From NCBI RefSeq assembly GCF_044704955.1, contig NC_091984.1:143778001-143842000 (forward strand): 64,000 bases of DNA. Reading direction: 5' to 3'. Below the pieces are notes generated by a model, which saw only the letters and a program-made list of their open reading frames with translations, made no database searches and had not been told where the DNA came from. Source of the DNA: Pristiophorus japonicus. Taxonomy: Eukaryota. The position numbers were made by a program, and so were the translations under genes. Position 1 is the first letter of the stretch; every line of letters starts with the position of its first letter. Of this stretch, positions 25,330 through 38,989 are shown piece after piece.

Positions 25330-28300
25330 GTACACAGGGAGATTTACGAGGATGTTGCCTGGACTGGAAAATTTTAGCTATGAAGAAAGATTGGATAGGC
25401 TGGGGTTGTTTTCTTTGGAATAGAGGAGTCTGAGGGGAGACCTTATTGAGTTGTATAATATTATGAGGGGCCGAGATAGAGTGGATAGGACGGACCTATT
25501 TCCTTAAGCAGATTGGCCAACAACCAGGGCAAAGATTTTAAAGTAATTGCTAGGAGGTTTAGAGGGGATTTGAGGGGAAATGTCTTCACCCAGATGGGGT
25601 GGGGGTCTGGAACTCACTGACTGAAAGGGTGGTAGAGGCAGAAACTCTCATCACTTTTAAAAATTACTTGGATATACACTTGAAGTGCTGTAACCTACAG
25701 GGCTATGGACCAAGAGCTGAAAAGTGTGATTAGGCTGGATAGATCTTTGCCGGCCAGTGCAGACACGAATGGCCTCCTTTCATGCTGTAAATTTCTCTGA
25801 TTCTATGAAGCTCCCAGACTGCAATGAGATCATGACCAGATCCTCAGTTTTAACTATGTTAGTTGTGGGATAAATATTGGCCAGGACACTGGGAAGAACC
25901 CCCATGCCCTTCCAATAATGATTATGAGATCTTTCATGTTCACTTAAGAGGGCAGATGGGACTTCGGTTTAACGTCTCATCTGAAAGACGGCACCTCTGA
26001 CAGAGGGAGGATATGTTTGAAGGATCATCAAATGAGGCCATATGGTTTAAACTGATGAACAGAAAAGGGACGATCACACTGCTGGGAGTGTACTATCGAC
26101 CCCTAAACAGTCAGAGGGAGATAGAAGAGAAAATATGTCGGCAAATTGCTGAGAAGTGCAAAAACAATCGGGCAGCAATAGTCAGGGATTTCAACTCCCC
26201 TCACATTAACTGGGATGGAATCATGTCAAAGGTATAGAGGGTGCAGAATTCTTCAAATGCATTCAGGAGAACTTTTACAGCCAGTACGTAGCAAGCCCAG
26301 CAAGGGAGGCGCGGTTCTGGGCTTAGTTTTTGGGAATGAAGCTGGGCAGGTGGAAGGGAGATCAGTGAGAGAGCATTGTGGTGCTCATGATCATAATTCA
26401 GTTAGATTTAGTGTAGTTATGGAAAAGGACAAAGGTAGAGCAGGAATAAAGGTTCTCAATTGGGGAATGGCCAATTTTACTAAGCTGAGAGGTGATTTAG
26501 CAAAAGTGGGCTGGAAACAGCTACTTGAAGGTAAATCAGTGTCAGAGCAGTGGGAGGCATTCAAGGGGGAGATAGTGAGGGTTCAGAGCAAGTATGTTCC
26601 CTCAAAGGAAAAGGGTGGCACTCCCAAATCTAGAGCCCCCTGGATGTCAAAGGGCATACAGGATAGGTTATGGCAAAAAAAGGAAGCTTATGTCAGATAC
26701 CCAGAGCTAAATACTGCAGAAAGCCCAGAGGTGTATAGAAAGTGCAGGGGTGAAATTAAAAAGGAAATTCGAAATGCAAAGAGAGGGCATGAAAAAATAC
26801 TGGCAAGTAAAATCAAGGAATACTCAAAGATGTTTTATAAATACATAAAGAGCAAGAGGATAACTAAAGAAAGAGTTGGGCCTATTGGAGACCAAAAAGG
26901 TACCCTGTGTGTGGAGGCGGAAGACGGGGGAATTGTTCTTAATGAATATTTTGCATCTGTCTTCACAGAAGAGAGGGACGATGCAGACATTGTAATTAAG
27001 GAGGACAAGTGTGAAATATTAGATGAGATAAACATAGTGAGAGAAGAAGTATTAAGGAGCTTAGCATCTTTGATCGTAGAAAAATCACCAGGCCCGGATG
27101 AAATGTATCCCAGGCTTTTAAGAGAAGCAAGCGGGGATATAGCAGAGGCTCTGACTATCATTTTACAATCTACTCTGGCTACAAGTGTGGTGTCAGAGGA
27201 CTGGAGGACTGCTAACGTGTACATTTGTTTGAAAAGTGAGAAAGGGATAGACCGAGTAATTACAGGCCAGTCAGCCGAACCTTGGTGGAGGGAAAATTAT
27301 TGGAAACAATAATTGTCATATAGAAAGGGACATATTAATCAAGGACAGTCAGCATGGATTTATTCAGGGAAGGTCGTGCCTGACTAACTTGATTTAATTT
27401 ATTGCGGAGATAACAAGGAGAGTCAATGAGTTTTGCATCTTTGATGTCGTACACATGGACTTTTGCAAGGTTTTTGGTGAGGTCTCACATGGCAGAAAAG
27501 TAAAAAGCCCAGGGATCCAAAGGAAAGTGGCAAGTTGGATCCAAAATTGGCTCAGTGGCAGGAAGCAAAGTGTAATGATCAACGGGTGTTTTTGTGACTG
27601 GAAGGCTGTTTCATGTGGGGTTTCAAGCCAGGTTTGCTGATAATACAAAGATGGGAGGAAAAGCAATGTGTGATGAGGATACAAAAAACCTGCAAAAAGA
27701 CATAGACAGGCAAAGTGAGTGGGCAAAAATTTGGCAGATCGAGTATAATGTTGGAAAGTGTGAGGTTATGTACATTGGCAGAAAAAAATTAAAGAGCAAG
27801 TTATTATTCCAATGGAGAAAAATTGCAAAGTGCTGTAGTACAGCGGGACCTGGGGGTACTTGTGCATGAAACACAAAAGGATAGTATGCAGGTACAGCAA
27901 GTGATCAGGAAGGCCAATGGAATCTTGGCCATTAATGCAATGGGGATGGAGTATAAAAGCAGGGAAGTCTAGCTACAGTTATACATGGTATTGGTGAGGC
28001 CATAGCTGGAATACTGCGTGCAGTTTTGGCTTCAATATTTAAGAAAGGATTGACTTGCTTTGGAGGCAGTTCAGAGAAGGTTCACTAGGTTGATTCCAGA
28101 GATGAGGGGGGTTGTCTTTTGAAGAAAAGTTGAGTAGGTTGTGCCTCGACTCATTGGAATTCAGAAGAATGAGAGGTGATCTTATCACATGTAAGATTAT
28201 GAGGGGCCATGCAAGGTGGATGCAGAGAGGATGTTTCCACTGATAAGGGAGACTAGAACTAGGGGGCTTAATCTTATAATAAGTGGCCGCCCATTTAAAA

Positions 28301-30180
28301 CTGAGATGAGGAGGAATTTCTTCTCTCAGAATCTTTAATCTCTAAGTATTCTCTAATCTCCAGATTACTCCCGGTGCCACGAGCTAATGAGTGCAGAAAT
28401 AGGAGGATAGAGCAGATGAATGCGTGACGGGAGAGATGGTGCAGGCGGGATGCTTTAGTTTCCTGAGGCATTGGGACCGCTTCTGGGGGAGGTGGGACCT
28501 GTACAAGCTGACCGGGTTGCTCCTCAACAGAGCCGGGACCAATAGCCACGAGTGGGGCATTTGCTCGTGCTGTTGGGGAGGGTTTAAACTAGCTTGGCAG
28601 GGGGATGGGAACCGGAGAATAGATTCAGTAGGGAGGGGAGTAAAGCTGGAATTAGAAAGCAAAAATAAGGAAAGTGAGTTTGAAGGAGAGAGGAAACAAG
28701 CAGATAAAAAGGGTAAAAAAACAAATTTAAAGGCTCTTTGCCTAAATAACAAAATAGCTGAGTTGATGGCACAAATAGATACAAATGAATATGATCTGAT
28801 AGCCATTACAGAGACGTGGTTGCAAGGTGACCAGGACTGAGAACTAAATACTCAGGAGTCCTTGACAATCCGGAAAGGACAGACAGAAAGGTAAAGTAGG
28901 TGGGGTAGCTCTGTTGACAAAGGATGGAATTACTGCAATAGTGAGAAATTATATTGGCTCAAATGATCAGGATGTTGAAACTGTTTGGGAGGAGATGAGG
29001 AATAATAAGGGGAAAAAGTCACTGGTGGGCATAGTCTATAGGTCCCCTAACAGTAGCAACTCTGTTGGTCGGAGTATAAACCAAGAAATAGTGGGGGCTT
29101 GTAAAAATGGAACAGCAATAATTATGGGTGATTTTAACCTCCGCATTGATTGGATAAATCAAATTGGTCAGGGTAGTCTTGAGGAAGAGTTGATAGAGTG
29201 CATAAGGGACGGGTTCCTTGAGCAGTCTATAATGGAACCACCCAGGGGGCAGGCTATCATAGATCTGGTCCTGTGTAATGAGACAGGATTAATAAACAAT
29301 CTCCCAGTAAAGGATCCCCTTGGACTGAGTGATGATAACATGGTTCAATTTCAAATTCAGATGGAGGGTGAGAAAGATGGATCTCTAACCAGCGTACTAA
29401 GCTTAAATAAAGGAGACTACAAAGGTATAAGTGCAGAGTTGGCTAAAATGGACTGGGAAAATAGATTAAAGTGTAGGACGGCTGATGAACAGTGGCGTAC
29501 ATATGAAGGAGATATTTCACAACTCTCAAGAAAAATATATTCTAGTGGGGAAGAAAGAGTGCAAAAGAAAAGATAGCCATCCGTGGCTAACTAAAGAAAT
29601 AAAGAACGATATCCAATTAAAAACAAGGGCATACAAAGTGGCCAAAACTAGTGGAAGGACAGAAGATTGGGAAGCTTTTAAAAGCCAACAAAGAATGACT
29701 AAAAAAATGATTAAGAAGGGGAAGATAGACGATGAAAGTAAACGAGCACAAAATATAAAAACAGATAGCAAGAGTTTCTATCGGTATATAAAAAGGAAAA
29801 GAGTGGCGAAAGTAAATGATGGTCCCTGAGAGGACAAAACCAGGGAATTAGTGATGAGGAACATGGAGATGGCAGAAACTCTGAACAAAGATTTTGTATC
29901 AGTCTTTACGGTAGAGGACACTGAGATGAGGAGGAATTTCTTCTCTCAGAGGTTTGTAAATCTGTGGAATTTGCTGCCTCAGAGAGCTGTGGAGGCTGGG
30001 TCATTGAATATATTTAAGACAGAGATAGACAGTTTCATAACCAATAAGGGAATAAGGGGTTATGGGGAGCGGGCAGGGAAGTTGACCTGAGTCCATGATC
30101 GGATTGGCCATGATCGTATTAAATGGTGGAGCAGGCTCGAGGGACTGTGTGGCCTACTCCTGCTCCTATTTCGTATGTTC
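25330..30180 (+). mobile_element. Array of CR1 LINE fragments (about 25330-25810, 26003-27620, 27630-28330, 28355-30180)
   Basis: Endonuclease (YRP, GDFN, DLV, SD/DHN) and RT motifs in ORFs 26013-27312 and 28914-29829; CR1 tails. Confidence 0.88.
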
Positions 30181-30279
30181 TTAAAGTGAGGAAGAGTGGG
30201 ACTAATTGGGTAATTCTTTCAAAGAGCCGGCACAGGCACGATGGGCCGAATGGCCTCCTTCTGTGCTGTAAGATTCTAG

Positions 30280-30515
30280 GCTGTGTGCGCGGTTCACAGT
30301 TTTCTCCCGTGTCATTAACAAACGTACAGCTGTGACAACCTCCCTCTTTCACTTCCTCTGTGGGTGAAGTTTCATTCTTCTGATCTGACAATCTCTTCAG
30401 TTATTTTTTGCACGGGGGATTTCTGCTGTGGTCTGAGTCTCTAATAATAACTGTCCAATAAGGCAGAATAACAGCAGCTCGGACCGGCTCGGACAGCGCA
30501 CCCAGGCTCAGTGCT
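30280..30515 (-). promoter_or_regulatory. Candidate B-cell enhancer module, copy 1
   Basis: Reverse-strand GAGGAAGTGAAAG at 30346-30358, plus CAGCTG, GGGGATTTCT and TGTGGT; inverted copy at 40490-40730. Confidence 0.5.
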
Positions 30516-30769
30516 GACCCTGCAACGTCCTCCTCACCAACATCTGGGGACTTGTGCCAAAAGTGGGAGAGCTGCCCCACAGACTAGTCAAGCACCAGTT
30601 TGACATAGTCCTACTCACAGAATCATACCTTTCAGCCAATGTCCTACTGCACCCCCACCACTGACCTTCCTGCCTCCAAAATCCGTGAATCCTTAAACAG
30701 GAACCCGTTTGAAGAACAGTTTGTATTGAAGTTCTGGGTGTGAAAGAGTCTTTGCTGAGAAAACAATCA

Positions 30770-33700
30770 CTATCACGAGAGAAAAAGTTACTCGGTAAAA
30801 TAATGGAACTAAAGGTGGACAAGTACCCTGTACCTGATAGCCTGCATCCTAGGCTCTTAAATGAAGTGGCTGCAGAGATAGTGGATGCATTGGTTGAAAT
30901 GCATCAGAGGGTCTAGTGAGGAGGAGGAACTGAAGGATATCCTTGTTCGGCGGGAAATTGTGTAAGTGAAATTGATGGGATTGAAGGCCGTTACTCCCCG
31001 GGGCCTGATAGTCTGCATCCCAGAGTACTTAAGGATGTGGCCCTAGAAATAGCGGATGCATTTGTGATAATTTTCCAACAGTCTACTGACTCTGGATCAG
31101 TTCCTTTGGACTGGAGGGTAGCAAATGTAACACCACTTTTTAAAAAGGGAGGGAGAGAGAAAGTGGGTAATTATGGACCGGTTAGCCTGACATCAGTAGT
31201 GGGGAAAATGTTGGAATCAATTATTAAGGATGAAATAGCAGCGCAATTGGAAAGCAGTGACAGGATTGGTCCAAGTCAGCATGGATTTATAAAGGGGAAA
31301 TCATGCTTGACAAATCTTCTGGAATTTTTTGAGGATGTAACTGGGAGAGGAGACAAGGGAGAACCAGTGGATGTGGTGTATTTGGGCTTTCAAAAGGCTT
31401 TTGACTAGATCCCACACAGGAGATTGGTGTGCAAAATCAAAGCACTTGGTATTGGGGGTAATATACTGACGCGGATAGAGAACTGGTTGGCAGACAGGAA
31501 GCAGAGAGTCGGGATAAATTGGTCCTTTTCAGAATGGCAGGCAGTGACTAGTGGAGTGCCACAGGGCTCAGTGCTGGGACCCCAGCTCTTTACAATATAC
31601 ATCAATGATTTGGATGAAGGAATTGAGTGTAATATCTCCAAGTTTGCAGATGACACTAAACTGGGTGGCAGTGTGAGCTGTGAGAGGGACGCTCGGAGGC
31701 TGCAGGGTGAATTGGACAGGTTAGGTGAGTGGGCAAATGCATGGCAGATGCAGTATAATGTGGATAAATGTAAGGTTATCCACTTTGGGGGTAAAAATGC
31801 GAAGACAGAATATTATCTGAATGGTGGCAGATTTGGAAAAGGGGAGGTGCAACGAGACCTGGGTGTCATGGTTCATCAGTCATTGAAAGTTGGCATACAG
31901 GTACAGCAGGCGGTGAGGAAGGCAAGTGGTATGTTGGCCTTCATTGCTAGGCGATTTGAGTACAGGAGCAGGGAGGCCTTACTGCAGTTGTACAGGGCCT
32001 TAGTGAGGCCTCACCTGGAATATTGTGTTCAGTTTTGGTCTCCTAATCTGAGGAAGGACGTTCTTGCTATTGAGGGAGTGCAGCGAAGGTTCATCAGACT
32101 GATTCCCTGGATGGCTGGACTGACATATGAGGAGAGACTGGATCAACTAGGCCTGTATTCACTGGAGTTTAGAAGGATGAGATGGGATCTCATAGAAACA
32201 TATAAAATTCTGACGAGACTGGACAGGTTAGATGTGGGTAGAATGTTCCCGATGTTGGGGAAGTCCAGAACCAGGGGACACAGTCTTAGGATAAGGGGTA
32301 GGCCATTTAGGACTGCGATGAGGAGAAACTTCTTCAATCAGAGAGTTGTTAACCTGTGGAATTCCCTGCCGCAGAGATTTGTTGATGCCAGTTCATTAGG
32401 TATATTCAAGAGGGAGTTAGATATGGCCCTTACTGCTAAGGGGATCAAGGGATATGGAGAGAAAGCAGGAAAGGGGTACTAAGGGAATGATCAGCCATGA
32501 TCTTATTGAATGGTGGTGCAGGCTCGAAGGGCCGAATGGCGTACTCCTGCACCTATATTCTATGTTTCTATGTAAATCTACCAAAGTTCCCTAGATTCTG
32601 GAGATGTCCCAGCAGATTGGAAAACCGCAAATATAACGACCCTATTTAAAAAAGGAAGGAGACAGAAAACAGTAAACTATAGACCAGTTAGCCTAACATC
32701 TGTCGTTGGGAAAATGCTGGTGTCCATTATTAAGAAAGCAGTAATAGGACATTTGGAAAAGCATCATTCAGTCAAGCAGAGTCAGCATGGACTTATGAAA
32801 GGGAAATCATGTTTGACACATTTGCTGGAGTTCTTTGAGGAAATAATGTGCAGGGTGGATATGGGGGAACAAGTGGATGCAGTGTATTTGGATTTCCAGA
32901 AGGGATTCAATAAGGTGCCACATAAAAGAATACCGGACACGATAAGAGAAAATGGGGTTGGTGCTAATATATTAGCATGGTTAGAGGATTGGCTAACTAA
33001 CAGAAAACAGAGAGTCAAGATAAATGGGTCATTTTCTGGTCGGCAACCAGTAACTAGTGGGGTTTCACAGGGATCGGTGTTGGGGCCTCACCTATTTACA
33101 ATCTATATTAATAACTTGGATGAACGGAATGAGTGTAAAAAATCGAAGAGCAAATTATTATTTAAATGGAGAAAGATTACAAAATGCTGTAGTACAGAGG
33201 GACCTGGGGGCCCTTGTGTATGAAACACAAAAAGTTAGTATGCAGATACAGCAAGTAATCAGGAAGCAAATGGAATGTTGGCCTTAATTGCAAGGGGGAT
33301 GGAGGATAAAAGCAGAGAAGTCCTGCTACATCTGTACAGGGTATTGGTGAGACCACACCGAGAGTACTGTGTACAGTTTTGGTCTCCTTATGTAAGGAGG
33401 GATATATTTGCACTGGAGGCAGTTCAGAGAAGGTTCACAAGGTTGTTCCTGAGATGAAAGGGCTGACTTATAAAGAAAGGTTGAGCAGGTTAATCAGAAC
33501 ATAAGAAATAGGAACAGGAGTAGGACATACGGCCCCTCCGCCATTAAATAAGGTCATGGCTGATCTGATCATGGACTCAGCTCAACTTCCACGCCCGCTC
33601 CACATATTCTTGTAAACTCCAAAGAGTATGAGAGGTGAACTTATTGAAACATATAAGATTCTGAGGGGACTCGACAAGATAGATGCAGTGAGGATGTTTC

Positions 33701-34025
33701 CACTCATAGGGGAACCTAGAACGAGCGGGCAGAGTTTAAGTATAAGGGGTCGGTCATTTGGAACTGAGCTGAGGAGGAATTTCTTCTCTCAGAGGGTTGT
33801 AAATCTGTGCAATTCTCTGCCCCAGAGAGCTGTGGAGGCTGGGTCATTGAATATATTGAAGGTGGCGATAGACGGATTTTTGAACGATAAGGCAGTAAAG
33901 GGTTATGGGGAGCAGGCAGGGAAGTGGCGCTGAGCCCAGGATCAGATCAGCCATGATCTTATTGAATGGCGGAGCAGGCTCGAGGGGCCAAATGGCCGAG
34001 TCCTGCTCCGATTTCTGATGTTCTT
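30770..34025 (+). mobile_element. Nested CR1 LINE RT fragments, including a less-decayed copy at about 30905-32572
   Basis: ORF 31424-32482 (SGVPQGSVLGP, KFADDTK, LVRPHLEYC); tail ctatgtttctatgt. Confidence 0.9.
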
Positions 34026-34513
34026 ATGATTCTTTGGCCTAGAATTTCCCTGGTCTAGCACCAGCCAATAAGAGGGTTTTGTTCAAATAATCGCAGCCGA
34101 CTTGCTTGCGGCCCGGGACACGTCATCCACCATTTTGGTAAGGGCCTTACCGCTGTTGTTGGCAGCACTCGCCTCACAATGTGGATTGTCAGATGGTGAC
34201 ACCAATGCCTGGCTCGAGCCATGACTGTTAATTGGGGCGTTTGCGCTCACCATATGGCCCTGCCCTAAGCACACACAGAAAAGCAGGTGTGAAGCAGCCC
34301 CGCACAGATGCTGTTGGTGCTTCTTAACGAGCCACACATCTTTCAGGTATGTTGGCATTAAAGCTCTGGTCTGTTTTAAACAATATATTTTATGGAAGTA
34401 GTAGCTTGGTGCAATAAATGTAAAATATTTTCTCAGTGTGCAGGGAATGCAAGGGGTGCTGCTGGACGTGTTCAAGGCCTTGGGTGGTAAAGAAAGGTCC
34501 CTGGAAAGACTGA

Positions 34514-34617
34514 AAATGCTGGAAATACTCAGCAGGTCAGGCAGCATCCATGGAGAGAGACAGAATTAACGTTTCAGCTCAAGCTGCTGTCTGACCTGCT
34601 GAGTATTTCCAGCATTT
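34514..34617. repeat. Short inverted-repeat element with about 32-bp arms (Penelope-terminal-repeat-like)
   Basis: aaatgctggaaatactcagcaggtcaggcagc and its near-perfect reverse complement gctgtctgacctgctgagtatttccagcattt. Confidence 0.7.
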
Positions 34618-35344
34618 ACTGTCTTTATTTCAGATTTCCAGCTTCTGCTCGCAAAGGGAGGAGGAGGAAGTGGAAGGAAGGAGGCAACCCAGACAGCCAC
34701 TTTCTGGCCGGGATATCCGGGATCGAATCATCCGCCTGTGGTCCCAGTGACCACATCCCCAATCCCTTTTCAACATGAGTCCCATACCTTACCGTCCCTC
34801 TGTTACTGACCATCACAGCGTCCTCTTGGCCACAATGCTGAAATAAAATCGTGAATCTTCGGAAATCTCTATTCCAGAGAGCTGTGGAGGCTGGGTCATT
34901 GAATATATTTAAGATGGAGATAGACAGATTCTTGAACTACGGGGAGTCACGGGTTGTGGGGAACAGGTGGGGAAGTGGAGTTGAGGCCAAGATCAGATCA
35001 GCCATTACCTTATTGAATGGTGGACCAGCTCTAGAGGCCGTACGGCCCACTCCTGTTCCTTTTCCTTATATTCTTGTGTATGAGTCCTGATTGCTAGAGT
35101 TTGTTGGTAGGTGGGTGATGGGAGCGTGGTGCATTGAGCAGCGTGTGAGGCTAGTGGTGCTGTTGGTGGGACACGGACTTTGAAGATGAATTCTCTGACC
35201 TTGACCACTCCGTTAGGTCATTGAACATTTGGTGGCACTGCATCCAGGTCCTCAGGTCCTGGTCTCACTGCCTTTGAAACGTTTGTCTGGTGCAGCCTCC
35301 TCGCCCCCTTGGATAGAGAACATCTCTACCCCCTCTGCACCTCC

Positions 35345-36345
35345 TCGCTTGGTGGCAACACTGTTTCAGACCCTGATGAGTTCCTGGTAAAAGACATGCA
35401 GCCCCGCATGGTGCTCCTGATGCCCCTCGGCTCACAAACAGGAGCTGCGTGTCATAATTGAGGCAGTACTGCTGGCGGAAGAAATATGTCATCAGCGCAC
35501 ACCATCTAGGAAGGGGCTCGACGTACAGGTATCTCTGCAGGATCTGAAGACGGAAAGTCGCATGCTGGGTACTGACGCACACCAACGCCTGACCGCCCTC
35601 CCTAAGTAGGAGACTCAGAACCACAGCAGAGACCCAGTGCTTCCTGTTATCCAGAAGAAGTCCACCAGCTTCTTCTGTATCTTGGCGACAAAAGCAGGGC
35701 GGGGGGTGGGGCAAAGTGACCAGCCGGTACCACAGCATAGCGGCCACTAGCTGGTTTATGACTAGTGCTCGACCCCTGTAGGACAGCACTTGGAACAGTC
35801 CTGTCCAGCGCCCTCGGCAAGCGGCAACTTTGTCCTCCAGCTCCTGCCAGTTCACCGGCCAGGCTTCCTCATCAGGGCTAAGGTAGACTCCCACATAGAG
35901 GAGATGGGTCATGCTCCAGGCAAAAGGCCTGAACTCCTCCGGCAGGGAGTTCATCTGCCAGTTACCGACCAGGAGTCCGGAACATTTCTCCCAATTGATC
36001 CTGGCGGAGGATGCGGCCGAGTAAATCTCCTGGCACTCATGCATCCTCAGTAGGTCAATGGGATCCTCGACCATGAGGAGCATATCATCAGTGTAAGCCG
36101 AGAGGACAACCTCCACGCCCGGCCCTTACAGAGCCAGTCCCGTCAACCTCTTCCGCAAGAGGCGCAGGAAAGGCTCCACGCAAATGGCTTATAACTGGCC
36201 AGACATTGGGCATCCCTGGCACACCCCTTTCCCAAAGCGAAGGGACGCCGTCAAAGACCCGTTAACCTTAATCAGACAATCCATGGCGGCGTACAAAAGC
36301 CAGATCCGGGCGACGAAATGTGTCCCAAACCCGAAAGCATGCAGA
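35345..36345 (-). mobile_element. Tx1-clade LINE internal RT fragment
   Basis: LSAYTDD, SSARINWEK, LSYRGRALVINQL; same family as 53098-54850. Confidence 0.85.
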
Positions 36346-37450
36346 GCCTCTCTGGCTACAGGTGTGGTGCCGGAGGACTGGAGGACTGCTAATGTTGTAC
36401 CTTTGTTTAAAAAGGGAGAAAGGGATAGACCGAGTAATTACAGGCATGTCAGCCTAACCTCAGTGGTGGGGACATTATTGGAAAAAATCCTGAGGGACAG
36501 GATAAATCTTCATTTAACAAGACACGGATTAATCAAGGACAGTCAGCATGGATTTGTTAAGGGAAGATCGTGTCTGAATAAAGTGAATTTTTTCAGGAGG
36601 TAACCAGGAGGATTGATGAGGGCAGTGCATATGATGTAGTGTGTATGGATTTTAACAAGGCTTTTGATAAGGTCCTACATGGCAGACTGCTCATGAAAGT
36701 AAAAGCCCATGGGTTTCAGGGCAAAGTGGCAAGTTGGATCCAAAATTGGTTCAAAGGCAGGAAGCAAAGGGTAATAGTTAACGGGTGTTTTTGTGACTGG
36801 AAGGCTGTTTCCAGTGGGGTTCTGCAGGGCTCAGTACTAGGTCCCTTGCTTTTTGTGGTATATATCAATGATTTGGACTTGAATGTAAGGGGCATGATCA
36901 AGAATTTTGCAATTGAAACTAAAATTGGCCGTGTGGTTGATAATGAACAAGAAAGCTGTAGACTGCAGGAAGATATCAATGAAATGGTCAGGTGGGCAGA
37001 ACAGTGGCAAATGGAATTCAATCCGGAGTAGTGTGAGGTAATGCATTTGGGGAGGGCTAACAAGGCAAGGGAATACACATTAACTGGTACGACACTGAAA
37101 AGTGCAGAGAAACAAAGGGACCTTGGAGTACAGGTCCACAGATTCCTGATGGTAGCAGGTCAGGAAGGTAAGATGGTTAAGAAGGCATATGGAATACTTG
37201 CCTTTATTAGACGAGGCATGAATACAAGAGCAAGGACATTATGCTTGAACTGTATAAAACACTGGTTAGGCCACAGCAGGAGTACTGCATGCAGTTCTGG
37301 TCACCACATTACATTACAAGAAAGATGTGATTGCACTGGAAAGGGTGCAAAGGATGCAGAGGTTACAGGGCTACGGACAGAGATCTGGAAAGTGGGATGA
37401 GGCTGGATAGCTCTTGGTTGGCCGGCGTAGGCCGAAATGGATTCCCTCCA
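36346..37450 (+). mobile_element. CR1 LINE RT/3' fragment
   Basis: VPEDWRTANVVPLFKKG, DFNKAFDKV, QGSVLGP. Confidence 0.88.
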
Positions 37451-38989
37451 TGCTGTGAATTTCTATGATTCTATCATGGACAGATGCATCTACAACAGGC
37501 AGATTGTTGAGGACGAGGTCAAGTAGGTTTTTCCCTCGTGTTGGTTCTCTCCCCACCTGCTCTGGGCCCAGTCTGGCAGATATGTCATAGAATCATAGAG
37601 TCACAGGGGTTTACAGCACAGAAGGAGGCCATTTCAGACCATCATATCCGCGCCACCCAACAAAGAGCTATCCAGCCTAATCCCTCTTTCCAGCTCTGGG
37701 TCCATAGCCCTGCAGGTTACGGAACTTCAAGTGCACATCCAAGTACTTTTTAAAGGTGGTGAGGGTTTCTGCCTCTACTAATGAAGGACCTAATATTCCA
37801 GGTCCTGACCTACATCCTGAAGGTTGGAAGATGCCTGTGCGTGGATTTTTTTTAACATGTGGTGACCGTTGCACACCAGCCTTCACACGGGCTCGACAGA
37901 GCTAGGTCTTGGTCCAGTGGCAAGGGTTAACCAGGACGACTGGAGACCTGCTCTGCTGTACGGACCGAGTGTGCACACATATCGCAGTGTGGGCTGGCCC
38001 GTGCTACCCCTGGGCCCCTGGCCACACCCCCACGACCCTTTGGGTGAAGAAATTTCCCCTCAAGTCCCCTCTAATCACTTTAAGTCTATGCCCCCTGATT
38101 GTTGAGCTGGAGGAGGAAATTCAGAAACTCCAACCCTGAGTTCAAGCACAGACCATTGCTTCCTTGAGTATGAATTGAAGCATAATTAAAGTTACATGCT
38201 CTGTTGAAGATTTTGTACATGGGAATAAAACTTATTTTATTGTAGGAGAGAGCAATTTCAGGTAATATTTTTGTGCCTGGCTAACAGAAATAGGTCCATC
38301 CTACCAACTCTTTCCAGGCCCCTCATAATTTTATACACCGCAATCAGGTCTCCCCTCAGCCTCCTCTGTCCAAAGAAAACAAACCCAGCCTATCCCATCG
38401 TTCCTCATCGTTAAAATTCTCCAGTCCAGGCAACATCCTCATATATCCTCTCTACCCTTGGTTTAACGTCTCATCCGAAGAAATCGTACTGTTAATTAAA
38501 CACTGAAGGCAAGAACTTTGAAGTGGTGGGAATACTCAATGTATCAAGACAGGAACATTGTAAACATTGATTGTGACATCATGCACTCACAATCTCCCCA
38601 TAGTATGCACAATGTGAGCACCAGACCCGAGGACAGAACCCAAGGAGATGTGCCCAGCACCAATCCAGGACAATGATCAATGTAAAGCCAAAGCTGAATG
38701 TTATCAGGGCTGCTTTGCCGATGATTGCCCTGTGATCGCGGGCACCAGCAGCACACACACCTCTTGTGGGTACAGTCGTGTTGTGGTTATGTTGCTGCAG
38801 AGCACTCCACAGGCCTGCACTAATAATCCCCACAATCTCACCATGGCCCTTTGACTATTTCAATTCACCTCTTTTTTAAATTCTGGAAATAAAAAGCTGG
38901 TCTCAGTAAAAGTGACCACAAAGCTGTCAAATTGTTACAAAAGCCCAATTGGTTCAGTGACATCCTTTAGGGAAGGAAACCTGCCGTCC

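Larger units (their letters stand above)
21815..27620 (-). repeat. Left arm of an inverted segmental duplication (partner 55640-60605) containing C exon, 3' UTR, 3' flank and distal J-C intron
   Basis: Reverse-complement match through unique DNA, shared SINE/CR1 junctions (about 26000 vs 57270) and a shared small deletion in CR1 (ggcagaaaagtaaaa). Confidence 0.93.

Noticed and set aside
31424-32482. Host gene or active LINE
   Set aside because: Only the RT 3' part, preceded by a stop codon and lacking endonuclease and ORF1.
34514-34617. Hammerhead ribozyme in the Penelope-like hairpin
   Set aside because: The CTGATGA catalytic core is not present; only the inverted arms remain.
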